Assembly: GCA_902614235.1 (NCBI GenBank) | Contig: CACMKG010000001.1 | Span: forward strand, 5,969 to 69,968 | Length of the DNA stretch: 64,000 bases | DNA from: an uncultured SAR86 cluster bacterium | GTDB taxonomy: Bacteria; Pseudomonadota; Gammaproteobacteria; Magnimaribacterales; AG-339-G14 | Direction: 5' to 3' | Shown: positions 27,590 to 37,603 of the stretch, one piece after another | Layout of the letters: the number at the start of each line of letters is the position of its first letter | How positions within the stretch are numbered: position 1 is the first letter of the stretch | The notes under the pieces: model-generated | What the model saw: the letters and a program-made list of their open reading frames with translations, nothing else | Told to the model about the DNA's origin: nothing | Databases searched by the model: none | Translations under genes and position numbers: made by a program

Positions 27590-29100
27590 CCAGCGTTTTC
27601 TGAAACTCTCGTAAAAGGATATTCTGTATTCAATAAGTCTTTATTGAGTTTATTAAATTGTGAGCTTTTAATAGTGAACCCAACTAAAGCGCCACCATAG
27701 ATTGATCCTTGATTTTTATAATGAAAAAGCGAGATATTCCACTTATCCTTCAGTAAATCTAAAAATTGCATTAGGGCACCGGGTCTTTCAGGAAAGTCAA
27801 CTTTAAAAACTTCTTCCGTTTCTCCATTTGATAGTTCAGGAGCTCTTCCACCTGACATGTATCTTAAATGTACTTTAGATATCTCGTCATCACTTAAATC
27901 GGTGATTTTATATTTTTTGAGTTTCATAGATTTAATAAAGGAATTTTTTTCTTTTTCTCCTTTATTAAATTCTAATCCAAGAAGAATTTTTGCTTCCTGC
28001 GTTTTGTCTAGTCTATAGCTAAATTCAGTAATATTTTTTTGACCTATAGATTTACATAATTTTCTGAATGTTCCTTTTTTTTCAGGAATATTTATTCCAA
28101 AAATCATCTCTTTCTTCTCACCCATTTTTGATCTTTCAACAATATGAGCAAGAGATTCAAAATTTAGATTAGATCCGCAGTAAGTCGCAATTAAATTTTT
28201 ATTTTTTATCTTTTTGTTTATTACATATTTTTTTAATCCTGCAAGAGCTAAAGCCCCAGTTGGTTCAGGAATAGTGCGAGTATCAATGAAAGTGTCCTTT
28301 ACAGCCGCACAAATTTCGTCGGTACTGACAGTTATAGAATCATCAATCCATTCAGTAATTAATTTGTAATTATGCTTACCGATTTGTTTAGCAGCTGCTC
28401 CATCAGCAAATAAACCCACTTCTTTGAGTTTTACTCTTCTATTTGCTTTCAAAGAGCTATTAAGACCTGCGGCGTCAGCAGCTTCAACAGCAACTATTTT
28501 TATTTTTGGATCAACAGTTTTAACATATGCACCCATGCCAGAAATTAAACCGCCACCTCCAACTGCAATAAAAATAATATCAATTTTTTTATTGAATTGA
28601 TCTAAAAGTTCTTTTCCGATTGTTCCTTGTCCTGCAATTACAAATGGATCATCAAATGGATGAATAAAGGGCAAGTTTTTGATTTTACAAAAAGTTAAAG
28701 ATTCCTCTAAAGCTTCATCAAAATTATCTCCTACTAGAACAATTTTTGCGCCATAACCTTTAACAGATTCAACCTTTATTGAGGGAGTCGTTTTCGGCAT
28801 AAAAATGGTCGACTTAATTTTTAAGCTTTTAGCAGAATAGGCAACACCTTGAGCATGGTTTCCGGCTGAGGCAGTAACTACATGTTTTGTGTTTTCTCGT
28901 TCAACTAAATTAGAAATTTTATTATATGCACCCCTAATCTTAAAAGAGTGTGTAGGCTGAAGATCTTCTCTTTTTAAATATATTTTATTAGAAAATTGTG
29001 AAGAAACACTTTCTGCTTTTGTAATAGGAGTTTTTATTGCGACATCATAAACTTTAGATGAAGATATTTTGTCTAAATACTTTTTGCTATATTTATTCAT
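27568..29100 (-). CDS. ilvA: biosynthetic threonine ammonia-lyase (threonine dehydratase)
   Basis: PLP lysine motif (QPTHSFKIRGAYN), GGGGLISG loop and a duplicated C-terminal regulatory domain. 510 aa. Confidence 0.94.
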   Translation of the reverse strand: MNKYSKKYLDKISSSKVYDVAIKTPITKAESVSSQFSNKIYLKREDLQPTHSFKIRGAYNKISNLVERENTKHVVTASAGNHAQGVAYSAKSLKIKSTIFMPKTTPSIKVESVKGYGAKIVLVGDNFDEALEESLTFCKIKNLPFIHPFDDPFVIAGQGTIGKELLDQFNKKIDIIFIAVGGGGLISGMGAYVKTVDPKIKIVAVEAADAAGLNSSLKANRRVKLKEVGLFADGAAAKQIGKHNYKLITEWIDDSITVSTDEICAAVKDTFIDTRTIPEPTGALALAGLKKYVINKKIKNKNLIATYCGSNLNFESLAHIVERSKMGEKKEMIFGINIPEKKGTFRKLCKSIGQKNITEFSYRLDKTQEAKILLGLEFNKGEKEKNSFIKSMKLKKYKITDLSDDEISKVHLRYMSGGRAPELSNGETEEVFKVDFPERPGALMQFLDLLKDKWNISLFHYKNQGSIYGGALVGFTIKSSQFNKLNKDLLNTEYPFTRVSENAGYKAFLK

Positions 29101-29168
29101 AGTGATAACAGGAGCAAAGCATTATACTTTTAGATATATTAAGTTCCAGTAAATTAAACTAAGCATTA

Positions 29169-29825
29169 ATGACATCAAAAGAATTAGTAGCTTCTTATAC
29201 CTACGAGCTCGTCAAAAATAAGTTTCACAAGGATTTTATCTTGGGTATTGGCACAGGCTCTACGGCAAACTGTTTTATTGAAATTATAAAAAAAGAAAAG
29301 CCAGAAATAAAAGCTTTGGTTTCTAGTTCTGAAGCAAGTAGTGATATTTTAAGATCTGAGGGGTTTGAAATTTCAGAATTAAATGATGTTGGAGGACCAG
29401 ATCTATATGTTGATGGCGCAGACGAAGTTAATGATAAATTTGAATTGATAAAAGGTGGGGGAGGTGCACATACAAGAGAAAAAATCGTTGCTGCAGCTTC
29501 AAGAGAATTTATTTGCATTATTGATGATAGTAAAATTGTAAAAAAATTAGGAGCTTTTCCTCTAGCAATTGAAGTTATACCTTCGGCTAGAAGCTATGTA
29601 GCTAGACAAATTGTTGCAATGGGAGGAAAGCCAACATATCGAGTAGGATTTGTTACGGATAATGGAAACCAAATATTAGACGTAATTAATTTGAATTTTG
29701 ATGTTCCTTACGAAACCGAGATTAGATTAAACAGAATTCCCGGAGTTGTGGATAACGGTATCTTTGCTACAAGAAAAGCAGATAAAGTTATTAGCGCTGA
29801 TTCTTCCGAGGCAAGGTCCTTATAA
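29169..29825 (+). CDS. rpiA: ribose-5-phosphate isomerase A
   Basis: GIGTGSTA, DGADEV and KGGGGAHTREKIVA motifs. 218 aa. Confidence 0.94.
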   Translation: MTSKELVASYTYELVKNKFHKDFILGIGTGSTANCFIEIIKKEKPEIKALVSSSEASSDILRSEGFEISELNDVGGPDLYVDGADEVNDKFELIKGGGGAHTREKIVAAASREFICIIDDSKIVKKLGAFPLAIEVIPSARSYVARQIVAMGGKPTYRVGFVTDNGNQILDVINLNFDVPYETEIRLNRIPGVVDNGIFATRKADKVISADSSEARSL

Positions 29826-30380
29826 AAGCAATTCTAAATTTTTTATAACTTCTGGGCTATTTGGCTCTACTTTGCTAGAGAAAGTGTTTACTAAATTCCC
29901 TTCTTTAGAAATTAAATATTTAGTAAAGTTCCACGATGGTTCTGAACCAGATAATTCAAAGATTTGCTTATAAAATGAATTGGCTTTGCTGCCTGTAACA
30001 CTAGACGTAGCGAAAAGAGGAAAAGAAACTCCATAATTTGTACTACAGAACTCTTTAACATCTCCTTCATCGCTAAATTCTTGAAACATAAAATCTCTTG
30101 ATGGAAATCCTAAAATTACAAAATCTTTTTCTGCATATTCTTTATATAAAGCTTGTAAGCTTTCGTACTGATAAGTAAAGCCACATCTACTTGCAACGTT
30201 AACTGCTAAAATTACTTTGTCTTTGTATTTACATAGATTTTCGGTTTTATTTGAATCCAAAACTCTAAGTTCGTGATCAAGCAACTCGGGACAATCACTA
30301 GTGCTTTTGCTGGATTCAGAAAAACCTAAACCAGTAAAAAAAAGAATTAAATTTAGAGAAATAATTTTTATTAATTTCAT
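29820..30380 (-). CDS. glutathione peroxidase family protein with signal peptide (Cys, not Sec, active site)
   Basis: NVASRCGFT, ILGFPSRDF..QE and WNFTKYL are the three GPx blocks. Hydrophobic N-terminal leader. Confidence 0.88.
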   Translation of the reverse strand: MKLIKIISLNLILFFTGLGFSESSKSTSDCPELLDHELRVLDSNKTENLCKYKDKVILAVNVASRCGFTYQYESLQALYKEYAEKDFVILGFPSRDFMFQEFSDEGDVKEFCSTNYGVSFPLFATSSVTGSKANSFYKQIFELSGSEPSWNFTKYLISKEGNLVNTFSSKVEPNSPEVIKNLELLL

Positions 30381-30994
30381 AATATGTTATATGGTTCCTT
30401 ATTAGAAAAAATCAATACTTGTGTTCCAACCCTTACCTTGTTGAAGATTTCTATAACATCATCATTGAGCATTCTTATGCAACCCAAAGATGCCGGCTGT
30501 CCAATCAAGCCCTCTTCAGCAGTGCCGTGAATGTAAATGTATCTTGATTTAGAGTCAACAATACCACCTCTATTTTTCCCTATCTCTAAACCATCGAGCC
30601 ATAGAATTCTTGAGGTTATGACATCTTCTGGTATGTCTATGGGGTCTTCTATGATTTTGGCTATTTCATTAGTCCAGACTCTGCCTTTGAAAACCGCGCC
30701 TTTTGGCATTTCTTTTCCAATTTTTTCAGAAATTACATGAGCACCTAGAGGAGTTTTAAAACTATTTTCTATATTTCCAATACCAAATGCAGAAGAAGAG
30801 ATGGGGTATTCTTTTTCTTTATTCCTAGTTTTTAAAAAAAGAGTCTGACTATCAAGATTTATCAAAATATGTGTTTTGTTTTTATTTAACTTACTAAAAT
30901 TATTTGGATCTATCATTGAGTATTTTTCAAAATTTGGATTAATTGTGCAGCTTACTAATAAGCAAGAGACAATATAAAACCTAATCTTTTTCAT
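30377..30994 (-). CDS. L,D-transpeptidase (YkuD domain) lipoprotein
   Basis: Lipobox LLVSC. Catalytic IHGT...GQPASLGCIRM motif. Confidence 0.8.
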   Translation of the reverse strand: MKKIRFYIVSCLLVSCTINPNFEKYSMIDPNNFSKLNKNKTHILINLDSQTLFLKTRNKEKEYPISSSAFGIGNIENSFKTPLGAHVISEKIGKEMPKGAVFKGRVWTNEIAKIIEDPIDIPEDVITSRILWLDGLEIGKNRGGIVDSKSRYIYIHGTAEEGLIGQPASLGCIRMLNDDVIEIFNKVRVGTQVLIFSNKEPYNIL

Positions 30995-32519
30995 TTATTA
31001 ACATTTTATAAAAAAAAGACCCAAATATAAGGATTAAAATAAAAAAAATTGAAGGCCACTTACCAAAAGTTATAAAAGGAGTGTGTCCGCTTCTAGTAAA
31101 AATTATAGATTCTATTTGTTGAGAGTTACTGACTTTTTGTTCTAAGTTATCTATATCAATACTTTTTACAACACTGCCAAATTTGTTTATTAGAGCACTT
31201 ACACCAGTGCTTGTACTTCTAATTAAAGGCTTTCTATTTTCTGCTGCTCTATATCTAGCAATCTGCAAGTGTTGATAAGGCCCAATAGTGTCTCCGAACC
31301 AATTGTCATTACTAGCATTAAATAATAAATTACTTTGCTTGCCATGTTTAAGAAAAATATCTTGATAGGCTATTTCATAACAAATAGCAGAGGAAATGTT
31401 TAGATCTTTTGATTTTATTAAAACATTGTTATCTGAAGAAACTACATTTGGTCGATTGAAGTTAAAAAAGCTAAAAAATGAATCAAAAATGGTAAAAGGG
31501 ACATATTCTCCAAATGGTACTAACTTTTGTTTATCAAATTTGCCATTTAATTTTCCTAAGGACATTAAAGAATTACTCACACCTTCTTCGTTATTACTTT
31601 TTGATAAAATTCCAAAAATAGAAGCAAAATTAGACTCAGAAATATAAATTTCTAGTTCGTCAATGACTTTCGTATACTTGGAACTCAGCCCAGGCAAAAA
31701 AACTTCAGGCCAAAAAATTATTGATAAAATATCTCTATCTTTTGACTTAACTGAGTGTTCTTTAATTTTTGATTTAAACAGATTTATTGATTCATTTTCT
31801 CCTTGAAAGCTCCATTTTTCTTCAATGCTTATATTGGGTTGAATAATCACAATATTTACTTCATCTTTCTTAGTCGTCCACTCAACCTTATAGGATGAAA
31901 AAGACGCAATTAAAAATAAAGAAAAAATAGTTAAATAGATAAAAGATATATTTTTTTTACGGCCTGATATAAGACTTTCACCTAAAACAAAAATTAGGGC
32001 TGGAATAAATATTAAAATAAAACTCATTCCGAAAACTCCAAATATCGGAATAAAACCAGAAAAAAAGAAATTATCTAAACTTGTATAGCCTAGATAAAAC
32101 CAGGGGAATCCAGATAATAAAAATTCTCTAATCCATTCTGAGCCTACCCATATCGAAGGAAATAAAAATAAAATATCAAAATTAGTTTTTGTTTTGCAAT
32201 AAGCAAATATCCCAAAAAAAATACCATTCAGTAAAGCTAAAAAGGCAGAAAGGCAAATAACTAAAGAGTAAGATACAGACTTAGTCGCCCCTCCATAAAA
32301 ATAAATACTATTTTCTATCCAAAAAATTCCTATCAACCATAATCCAAATCCAAAAAACCAACCAAGGTAAAAAGAACTTTTAATATCATGATCTTTTATT
32401 AAAAAATAAAGGGAAAGAGGAATAAAAAAAGTTAAAAACCAGAAATTAAAAGGTTCAAATACCAAAATTAGTGATGCGCCTATAATTAGAGAACTGATGT
32501 AACTAATTAATTTCATCAA
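30981..32519 (-). CDS. lnt: apolipoprotein N-acyltransferase
   Basis: Multi-TM N-terminal half plus C-terminal nitrilase-like domain (WPE..., ICYEIAY catalytic Cys). 512 aa. Confidence 0.88.
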   Translation of the reverse strand: MMKLISYISSLIIGASLILVFEPFNFWFLTFFIPLSLYFLIKDHDIKSSFYLGWFFGFGLWLIGIFWIENSIYFYGGATKSVSYSLVICLSAFLALLNGIFFGIFAYCKTKTNFDILFLFPSIWVGSEWIREFLLSGFPWFYLGYTSLDNFFFSGFIPIFGVFGMSFILIFIPALIFVLGESLISGRKKNISFIYLTIFSLFLIASFSSYKVEWTTKKDEVNIVIIQPNISIEEKWSFQGENESINLFKSKIKEHSVKSKDRDILSIIFWPEVFLPGLSSKYTKVIDELEIYISESNFASIFGILSKSNNEEGVSNSLMSLGKLNGKFDKQKLVPFGEYVPFTIFDSFFSFFNFNRPNVVSSDNNVLIKSKDLNISSAICYEIAYQDIFLKHGKQSNLLFNASNDNWFGDTIGPYQHLQIARYRAAENRKPLIRSTSTGVSALINKFGSVVKSIDIDNLEQKVSNSQQIESIIFTRSGHTPFITFGKWPSIFFILILIFGSFFYKMLINEKD

Positions 32520-32553
32520 TTGATTTTATAGCAATCAAGAAAATTCTTTTTAA

Positions 32554-33171
32554 TTATTTAGAAAGCCAATAATTAATTTTTAAGTCATCTAAAATTTTAC
32601 AAGTTTCAAAAATAGGTAAACCCACAACATTAGAATGACTGCCTACGATTTTTTCAATAAAAGTTGCTCCAATTCCTTGAATGCCATAGCTCCCGGCTTT
32701 ATCTAAAGATTCTCTTGTATCCCAATATTTTGAACACTCATATGCTGTGAGTGTTTTCATAAATACTTTGGTCTCCACAATATTCATGTTGAAATTCACA
32801 GTATCAGATTCGGAGTCATCTAAAATGCCTAAGGAAACACAAGAAATAACTTCATGAGACTGTCCGGAAAGCTCCAAAAGCATTGAGATAGCGTGATCTT
32901 TATTTTCTGGCTTTCCTAAAATTTTGTCACCAATACTTACAATTGTATCTGCGGTCAAAACAGGAAGAATTTTTTTTTGATTTTCTTGAAGGTGGGCAAA
33001 TGCAGATAATGACTTTTCTTTAGTATTTCTCTCTACAAAGTCATAGGCTGATTCATTTTCAAATGGGGCAGATTCTTCGTGATAATAATTCAGAACCTCA
33101 AATTCTACCTTTAATGATTTTAAAATCTCATTACGTCGCGGAGATTTAGAGGCAAGATAAATGCCAGACAC
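32554..33171 (-). CDS. maf: Maf-like nucleoside triphosphate pyrophosphatase
   Basis: IYLASKSPRRNEIL at the N-terminus and KAGSYGIQG near the C-terminus. GTG start. Confidence 0.86.
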   Translation of the reverse strand: MSGIYLASKSPRRNEILKSLKVEFEVLNYYHEESAPFENESAYDFVERNTKEKSLSAFAHLQENQKKILPVLTADTIVSIGDKILGKPENKDHAISMLLELSGQSHEVISCVSLGILDDSESDTVNFNMNIVETKVFMKTLTAYECSKYWDTRESLDKAGSYGIQGIGATFIEKIVGSHSNVVGLPIFETCKILDDLKINYWLSK

Positions 33172-33172
33172 T

Positions 33173-33328
33173 TTATTTAATTTTTTCTTCTTTATAAAGG
33201 ACGTGTTTTTTTATTTTTGGGTCAAATTTTTTGATTTCGATTTTATCAGGTGTACTGCTTTTGTTTTTATCGGTAGTATAAAAATGACCAGTTCCTGCTG
33301 AAGATACTAATTTTATTTTTTCTCTCAT
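33173..33328 (-). CDS. rpmG: 50S ribosomal protein L33
   Basis: Below the ORF-track size cut-off. My translation is [51 protein letters not shown] (51 aa). Its ATG overlaps the rpmB stop (ATGA). Canonical rpmB-rpmG pair. Confidence 0.92.
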   Translation of the reverse strand: MREKIKLVSSAGTGHFYTTDKNKSSTPDKIEIKKFDPKIKKHVLYKEEKIK

Positions 33329-33561
33329 ACTTTTTCTCCTCTATTTCTAATATCTTCCAATACTTTGTCTATTCCTTTTTTATCTATAATTCTAAGACCT
33401 TTTGTTGAAATATTAAGCGTTACATAACGATTTTCAGATTCAATCCAAAATCTATGTTTGTGAAGATTAGGCATAAATCTCCTGCGAGTTTTATTCACAG
33501 CTTTGGAAACGTTATTTCCAGACATTGGAATTTTACCTGTTACTTGACATTGTTTACTCAT
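33325..33561 (-). CDS. rpmB: 50S ribosomal protein L28
   Basis: [39 protein letters not shown] is near-identical in pattern to bacterial L28. Confidence 0.96.
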   Translation of the reverse strand: MSKQCQVTGKIPMSGNNVSKAVNKTRRRFMPNLHKHRFWIESENRYVTLNISTKGLRIIDKKGIDKVLEDIRNRGEKV

Positions 33562-33639
33562 AAAAACCTCTAAAAGGTGTTGTTTTATACCAGAATCTAA
33601 ACTTCATTGAAACCTATCTAGAGTATAATTCGGAGCTAA

Positions 33640-34836
33640 ATGAAACAATTAGCTAACAAACACATACTTTTATGTGTAACTGGTGGAATAGCTGCCTATA
33701 AGGCAGCAGAGATCATTAGACTATTCAAAACAGCTGGGTCAAATGTAAGGGTTTTAATGACAAAAGCTGCACAAGAATTCATTACGCCCCTTACTATGCA
33801 AGCTTTATCAGGAAATCAAGTTCATGCTGATCTTTTAGACACTGAGGCTGAAGCTGCGATGGGTCATATAGAATTAGCAAAATGGAGTGACGTTATTCTC
33901 ATTGCTCCGTGTTCTGCTAATTCAATTTCACGATTAGCTGCCGGCAAAGGAGACGATTTAATGACTGCAGTTTGCTTAGCAGCAGAATCTAAAACATTTT
34001 TTGCACCCGCTATGAATCAAGCCATGTGGGCCGATTCAAGAACACAAAAAAATTATCAAATTTTAATAAAAAATAATTTTATCCCGATTGGACCCAATTC
34101 TGGCGAACAGGCCTGTGGCGACGAAGGGTATGGCAGAATGTCTGAACCTCAAGAAATTGTCAGTGAAGTAGCAACAAACTTTTCAGAAGGCCTACTGGCA
34201 GGAAAAAAAATATTAATAACTGCAGGTCCAACTCGCGAAAAAATAGACCCTGTTAGATATATTTCCAACAGAAGCTCGGGGAAAATGGGCTTTTCAATTG
34301 CAGAGGCTGCAAGAGATGAGGGTGGCCTTGTTAGTTTGATTAGCGGCCCAGTCAGTTTAAAAACACCTGATGAAATAGAAAGAATAGATGTTGAATCTGC
34401 AGATGAAATGTTTAAAGAAGTAAACAAAGTTATAAATAATTTTGATTTTTTTATTTCGACAGCTGCAGTTGCTGATTTTAAACCTGAAAAATTTGAAAAT
34501 CAGAAAATAAAAAAAGATAAGAAAGCAGATAATTTAAGTATGGAATTTATCGAAAATAAAGATATTCTAAAATCTATTTCTAAGAACAAAGGAGACTTAA
34601 AAATAATTGGTTTTGCTGCTGAAACTCAAGACATCAAAGAAAATGCTAAAAAAAAGCTAAATGAAAAAAGTTTGGATTTAATTATTGCAAATGATGTTTC
34701 CGACTCTTCGATTGGTTTTGACTCAGATGAAAACGAAGTTTATTTAATTACTGAAAAAATTGAAAAAAAGATTGAGAAAATTTCAAAAAAGAAATTATCG
34801 AGAAGTATCATTGAATTTATTGCAAAATATCTCTAA
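33640..34836 (+). CDS. coaBC: bifunctional phosphopantothenoylcysteine decarboxylase / phosphopantothenate-cysteine ligase
   Basis: N-terminal flavoprotein domain ([19 protein letters not shown]) and C-terminal CoaB domain ([25 protein letters not shown]). 398 aa. Confidence 0.94.
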   Translation: MKQLANKHILLCVTGGIAAYKAAEIIRLFKTAGSNVRVLMTKAAQEFITPLTMQALSGNQVHADLLDTEAEAAMGHIELAKWSDVILIAPCSANSISRLAAGKGDDLMTAVCLAAESKTFFAPAMNQAMWADSRTQKNYQILIKNNFIPIGPNSGEQACGDEGYGRMSEPQEIVSEVATNFSEGLLAGKKILITAGPTREKIDPVRYISNRSSGKMGFSIAEAARDEGGLVSLISGPVSLKTPDEIERIDVESADEMFKEVNKVINNFDFFISTAAVADFKPEKFENQKIKKDKKADNLSMEFIENKDILKSISKNKGDLKIIGFAAETQDIKENAKKKLNEKSLDLIIANDVSDSSIGFDSDENEVYLITEKIEKKIEKISKKKLSRSIIEFIAKYL

Positions 34837-35388
34837 ATGCTTAGATGGATATTGAGAAGGGTTATCGGTTTTATTTTGCCGAATCTTATTTCAAATTTTT
34901 TAAAATCAAAAAAAACTTCAGAAAAGATCAATAAGATTAAAATCCAAATCAAGATTATCGATAAAAATTTGGGTGACGATATACCTTTGCCCAAATTTAA
35001 TACTGATGGATCCGCTGCTTTAGATTTAAGAACAAATATAGATGAGTCAATAACTTTAGAACCAAATGAAACTTATTTATTTTCTACTGGCTTCTCTATT
35101 TATATAGGTAATCCAGATTATGCAGCTTTCATATTGCCCAGATCAGGGCTAGGTCATAAAAATGGTATTGTTTTAGGTAATTTAATCGGTTTGATAGATT
35201 CAGATTATCAAGGAGAAATTATGATCTCGCTTTGGAATAGATCGAAGAATTCTTTTACAATAAATAGAGGAGATAGAATAGCCCAGATGATGTTTCTAGA
35301 AGTAGCTTCACCAATTTTCCAAATTGTGGATAAATTTGAAGAAACAGAGAGAGGAACTAAAGGTTTTGGTTCATCAGGTAGAGATTAA
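34837..35388 (+). CDS. dut: dUTP diphosphatase with an unusual ~30-aa N-terminal extension
   Basis: Core motifs [23 protein letters not shown] and FGSSG. dfp-dut order as in E. coli. No in-frame ATG/GTG near the canonical N-terminus. Confidence 0.9.
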   Translation: MLRWILRRVIGFILPNLISNFLKSKKTSEKINKIKIQIKIIDKNLGDDIPLPKFNTDGSAALDLRTNIDESITLEPNETYLFSTGFSIYIGNPDYAAFILPRSGLGHKNGIVLGNLIGLIDSDYQGEIMISLWNRSKNSFTINRGDRIAQMMFLEVASPIFQIVDKFEETERGTKGFGSSGRD

Positions 35389-35403
35389 ATAAGTGAGAGA
35401 ATA

Positions 35404-36966
35404 ATGGATATAAAATTACAAGACTCTTTAGCAGAAAGTTTGAGATGGCGATGCAAAGAATCTGCAGATGATATAGCAATAAAATTTTTAGACAGACAGC
35501 AAACATACGCTCAACTTGATTCAAATGCGAATCGTGTAGCTCAAGGTTTATTAAGCTTTCAAATAAAACCAGATTCTAGAGTCGCATACTTAGCTAAAAA
35601 TACAGATTATTTTTTTGAAATTTTTTACGGGGCTCTCAAATCAAAAGCCGTAGTAGTTGGAGTTAATTGGAGGCTCGCTGCAGAAGAAGTCGCTTATGTA
35701 TTAGAAGATTCAAAAAGTGAAATTCTTTTCGTAAGTCCGGATTTCTTTGAAATAATTGAAGAAATTGAAACCAAGTTACCTTTTATAAAACAGATTATTT
35801 GTCTTGAAGGAAATAATAAGAATTGGATGACTTATTCCCAATGGAAAGATGAAAATGATGACATTGACCCCCAACTTGCATCAGATGAACATGATGACGT
35901 AATTCAACTTTACACTTCAGGTACAACAGGTCATCCCAAAGGAGTGCAATTAACTAATAAAAATTTTTATGCTGCTACTGACAATACTATTGGAGTTATC
36001 CCTTTCCCTTCAGGTTCAAAAGCTATGGTATGTATGCCTGTGTATCATGTTGCTGGAACAAATTTTGGGATATGGGGACTTTTGCAGGGTTGCAATAATT
36101 TAATAATTCCAGAAGTAGATCCAGGTTTGATTCTTGATTTAGTCGAAAAAGAAAAAATAGAACTTACTTTGTGGGTGCCGGCAGTTATACTTTTTTTGCT
36201 TCAACATCCAAACGCAGAAAAAACTGATTTTAGTTCCTTGAAAGTTGTTGTTTATGGAGCCTCTCCTATTGCAGAAGACACAGTAGTAAATGCAATTAAA
36301 TTAATGAATTGTGGGTTTTATCAAGTTTATGGATTAACAGAAACTTCTGGAGCAATTACTTGCTTGGTATCTGAGGATCATGATCCTAAAAAGAATAAAT
36401 TAAGATCTTGTGGCAAGGCTCTCCCTGGAGTTGAGATAAAGGTAATTGATGATGCTGGAAACGAAGTTGATCAGGGCGAGGTGGGAGAAATTATTACAAA
36501 GTCAGATTTAAATATGAAAGGTTACTGGAACAATTCAGAAGCAACTGAAAAGTCTATCCAAGATGGATGGTTTTATTCGGGTGATGCAGGTTTTTTGGAT
36601 GAAGAAGGTTTTTTATACATTCACGACAGGGTCAAAGATATGATTGTTTCGGGCGGAGAAAATATTTATCCCGCTGAAGTTGAAAATGCCCTGATGAGTA
36701 ATGAAGAAATTTTAGACGCTGCCGTAGTTGGAGTACCTGACGATAAATGGGGAGAATCTACAAAAGCTTTTGTTGTTCTATCTGAGGGAAGTTCTCTAAA
36801 TGCAAAGGACGTAATTTCTTATACCAAATCAAAAATAGCCTCTTATAAATGTCCAAAGTCAGTTGAATTCATCGGAATGCTTCCAAGAAATCCCTCTGGA
36901 AAGGTATTAAGAAGAGAATTAAGGGCTCCATATTGGGAGGGAAGAGATAGAGGTGTGTCGGGATAG
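35404..36966 (+). CDS. AMP-dependent acyl-CoA synthetase / fatty-acid--CoA ligase
   Basis: YTSGTTGHPKGV (AMP-binding core), YGLTET, GDAGFLDEEGFLYIHDRVKDMI and PRNPSGKVLRREL motifs. Substrate not assignable. Confidence 0.85.
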   Translation: MDIKLQDSLAESLRWRCKESADDIAIKFLDRQQTYAQLDSNANRVAQGLLSFQIKPDSRVAYLAKNTDYFFEIFYGALKSKAVVVGVNWRLAAEEVAYVLEDSKSEILFVSPDFFEIIEEIETKLPFIKQIICLEGNNKNWMTYSQWKDENDDIDPQLASDEHDDVIQLYTSGTTGHPKGVQLTNKNFYAATDNTIGVIPFPSGSKAMVCMPVYHVAGTNFGIWGLLQGCNNLIIPEVDPGLILDLVEKEKIELTLWVPAVILFLLQHPNAEKTDFSSLKVVVYGASPIAEDTVVNAIKLMNCGFYQVYGLTETSGAITCLVSEDHDPKKNKLRSCGKALPGVEIKVIDDAGNEVDQGEVGEIITKSDLNMKGYWNNSEATEKSIQDGWFYSGDAGFLDEEGFLYIHDRVKDMIVSGGENIYPAEVENALMSNEEILDAAVVGVPDDKWGESTKAFVVLSEGSSLNAKDVISYTKSKIASYKCPKSVEFIGMLPRNPSGKVLRRELRAPYWEGRDRGVSG

Positions 36967-36967
36967 C

Positions 36968-37561
36968 CTAATTTCTTGATTTTAAAGGGTCTTTATAAAC
37001 AGTGTATACAGAAGCAATAATAATTATTGCTATTAAAACGTATGTAAAGTACTCAACGAAAACGACTCCTAAAAAATAACCTGTTAAAACATAAAGACTT
37101 GCCCAAGCTGGAGAGGCTAAAACTTCGATTGGGAAAAAATATTTTGATTTCATTCCTAATGATCCGGCTATAAAAGGAACGGTACATCTCAAAGGACCGG
37201 CAAATCTTCCCAGAGCTACACTCAACATCCCTCTTTTTTTCATAAATTTTCTGGCTTGAAAAATATAATGATGATATTTTTCAGGAATCCAATCTTCTAC
37301 TTTATTACCAACGAGTTTTCCAATAAAAAAACTTACGGTGTCACCCATAATCATTCCTAAAGAAGCCCAAAAGAGTATTACAACCGGACTTATGTTTATT
37401 GATGCTGCAAGCGCACCTATGCCAGGAATGATAAGAGTCGCCGGTGTAAAAAGACCTAAAATGATTAAAGATTCTACAAAAACCAAAAGAAACATCATTA
37501 AATTGATCCAGTTAGGATTTTCTTCTAAAAATTCTAATATAGAACTGAACTCGAACATCAA
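36968..37561 (-). CDS. DedA/VTT-domain family membrane protein
   Basis: 197 aa, polytopic, with the G-rich reentrant region (FIGKLVG..., GRFAGPLR) typical of DedA proteins. Confidence 0.75.
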   Translation of the reverse strand: MMFEFSSILEFLEENPNWINLMMFLLVFVESLIILGLFTPATLIIPGIGALAASINISPVVILFWASLGMIMGDTVSFFIGKLVGNKVEDWIPEKYHHYIFQARKFMKKRGMLSVALGRFAGPLRCTVPFIAGSLGMKSKYFFPIEVLASPAWASLYVLTGYFLGVVFVEYFTYVLIAIIIIASVYTVYKDPLKSRN

Positions 37562-37603
37562 ATTTTGTTTCTAAGACTTATAATAGTTGCAATAATACCT
37601 CAC

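Noticed and set aside
29820-30380. Possible selenocysteine (in-frame TGA) in the glutathione peroxidase.
   Set aside because: The ORF is uninterrupted and the active-site residue in NVASRCGFT is an ordinary cysteine codon.
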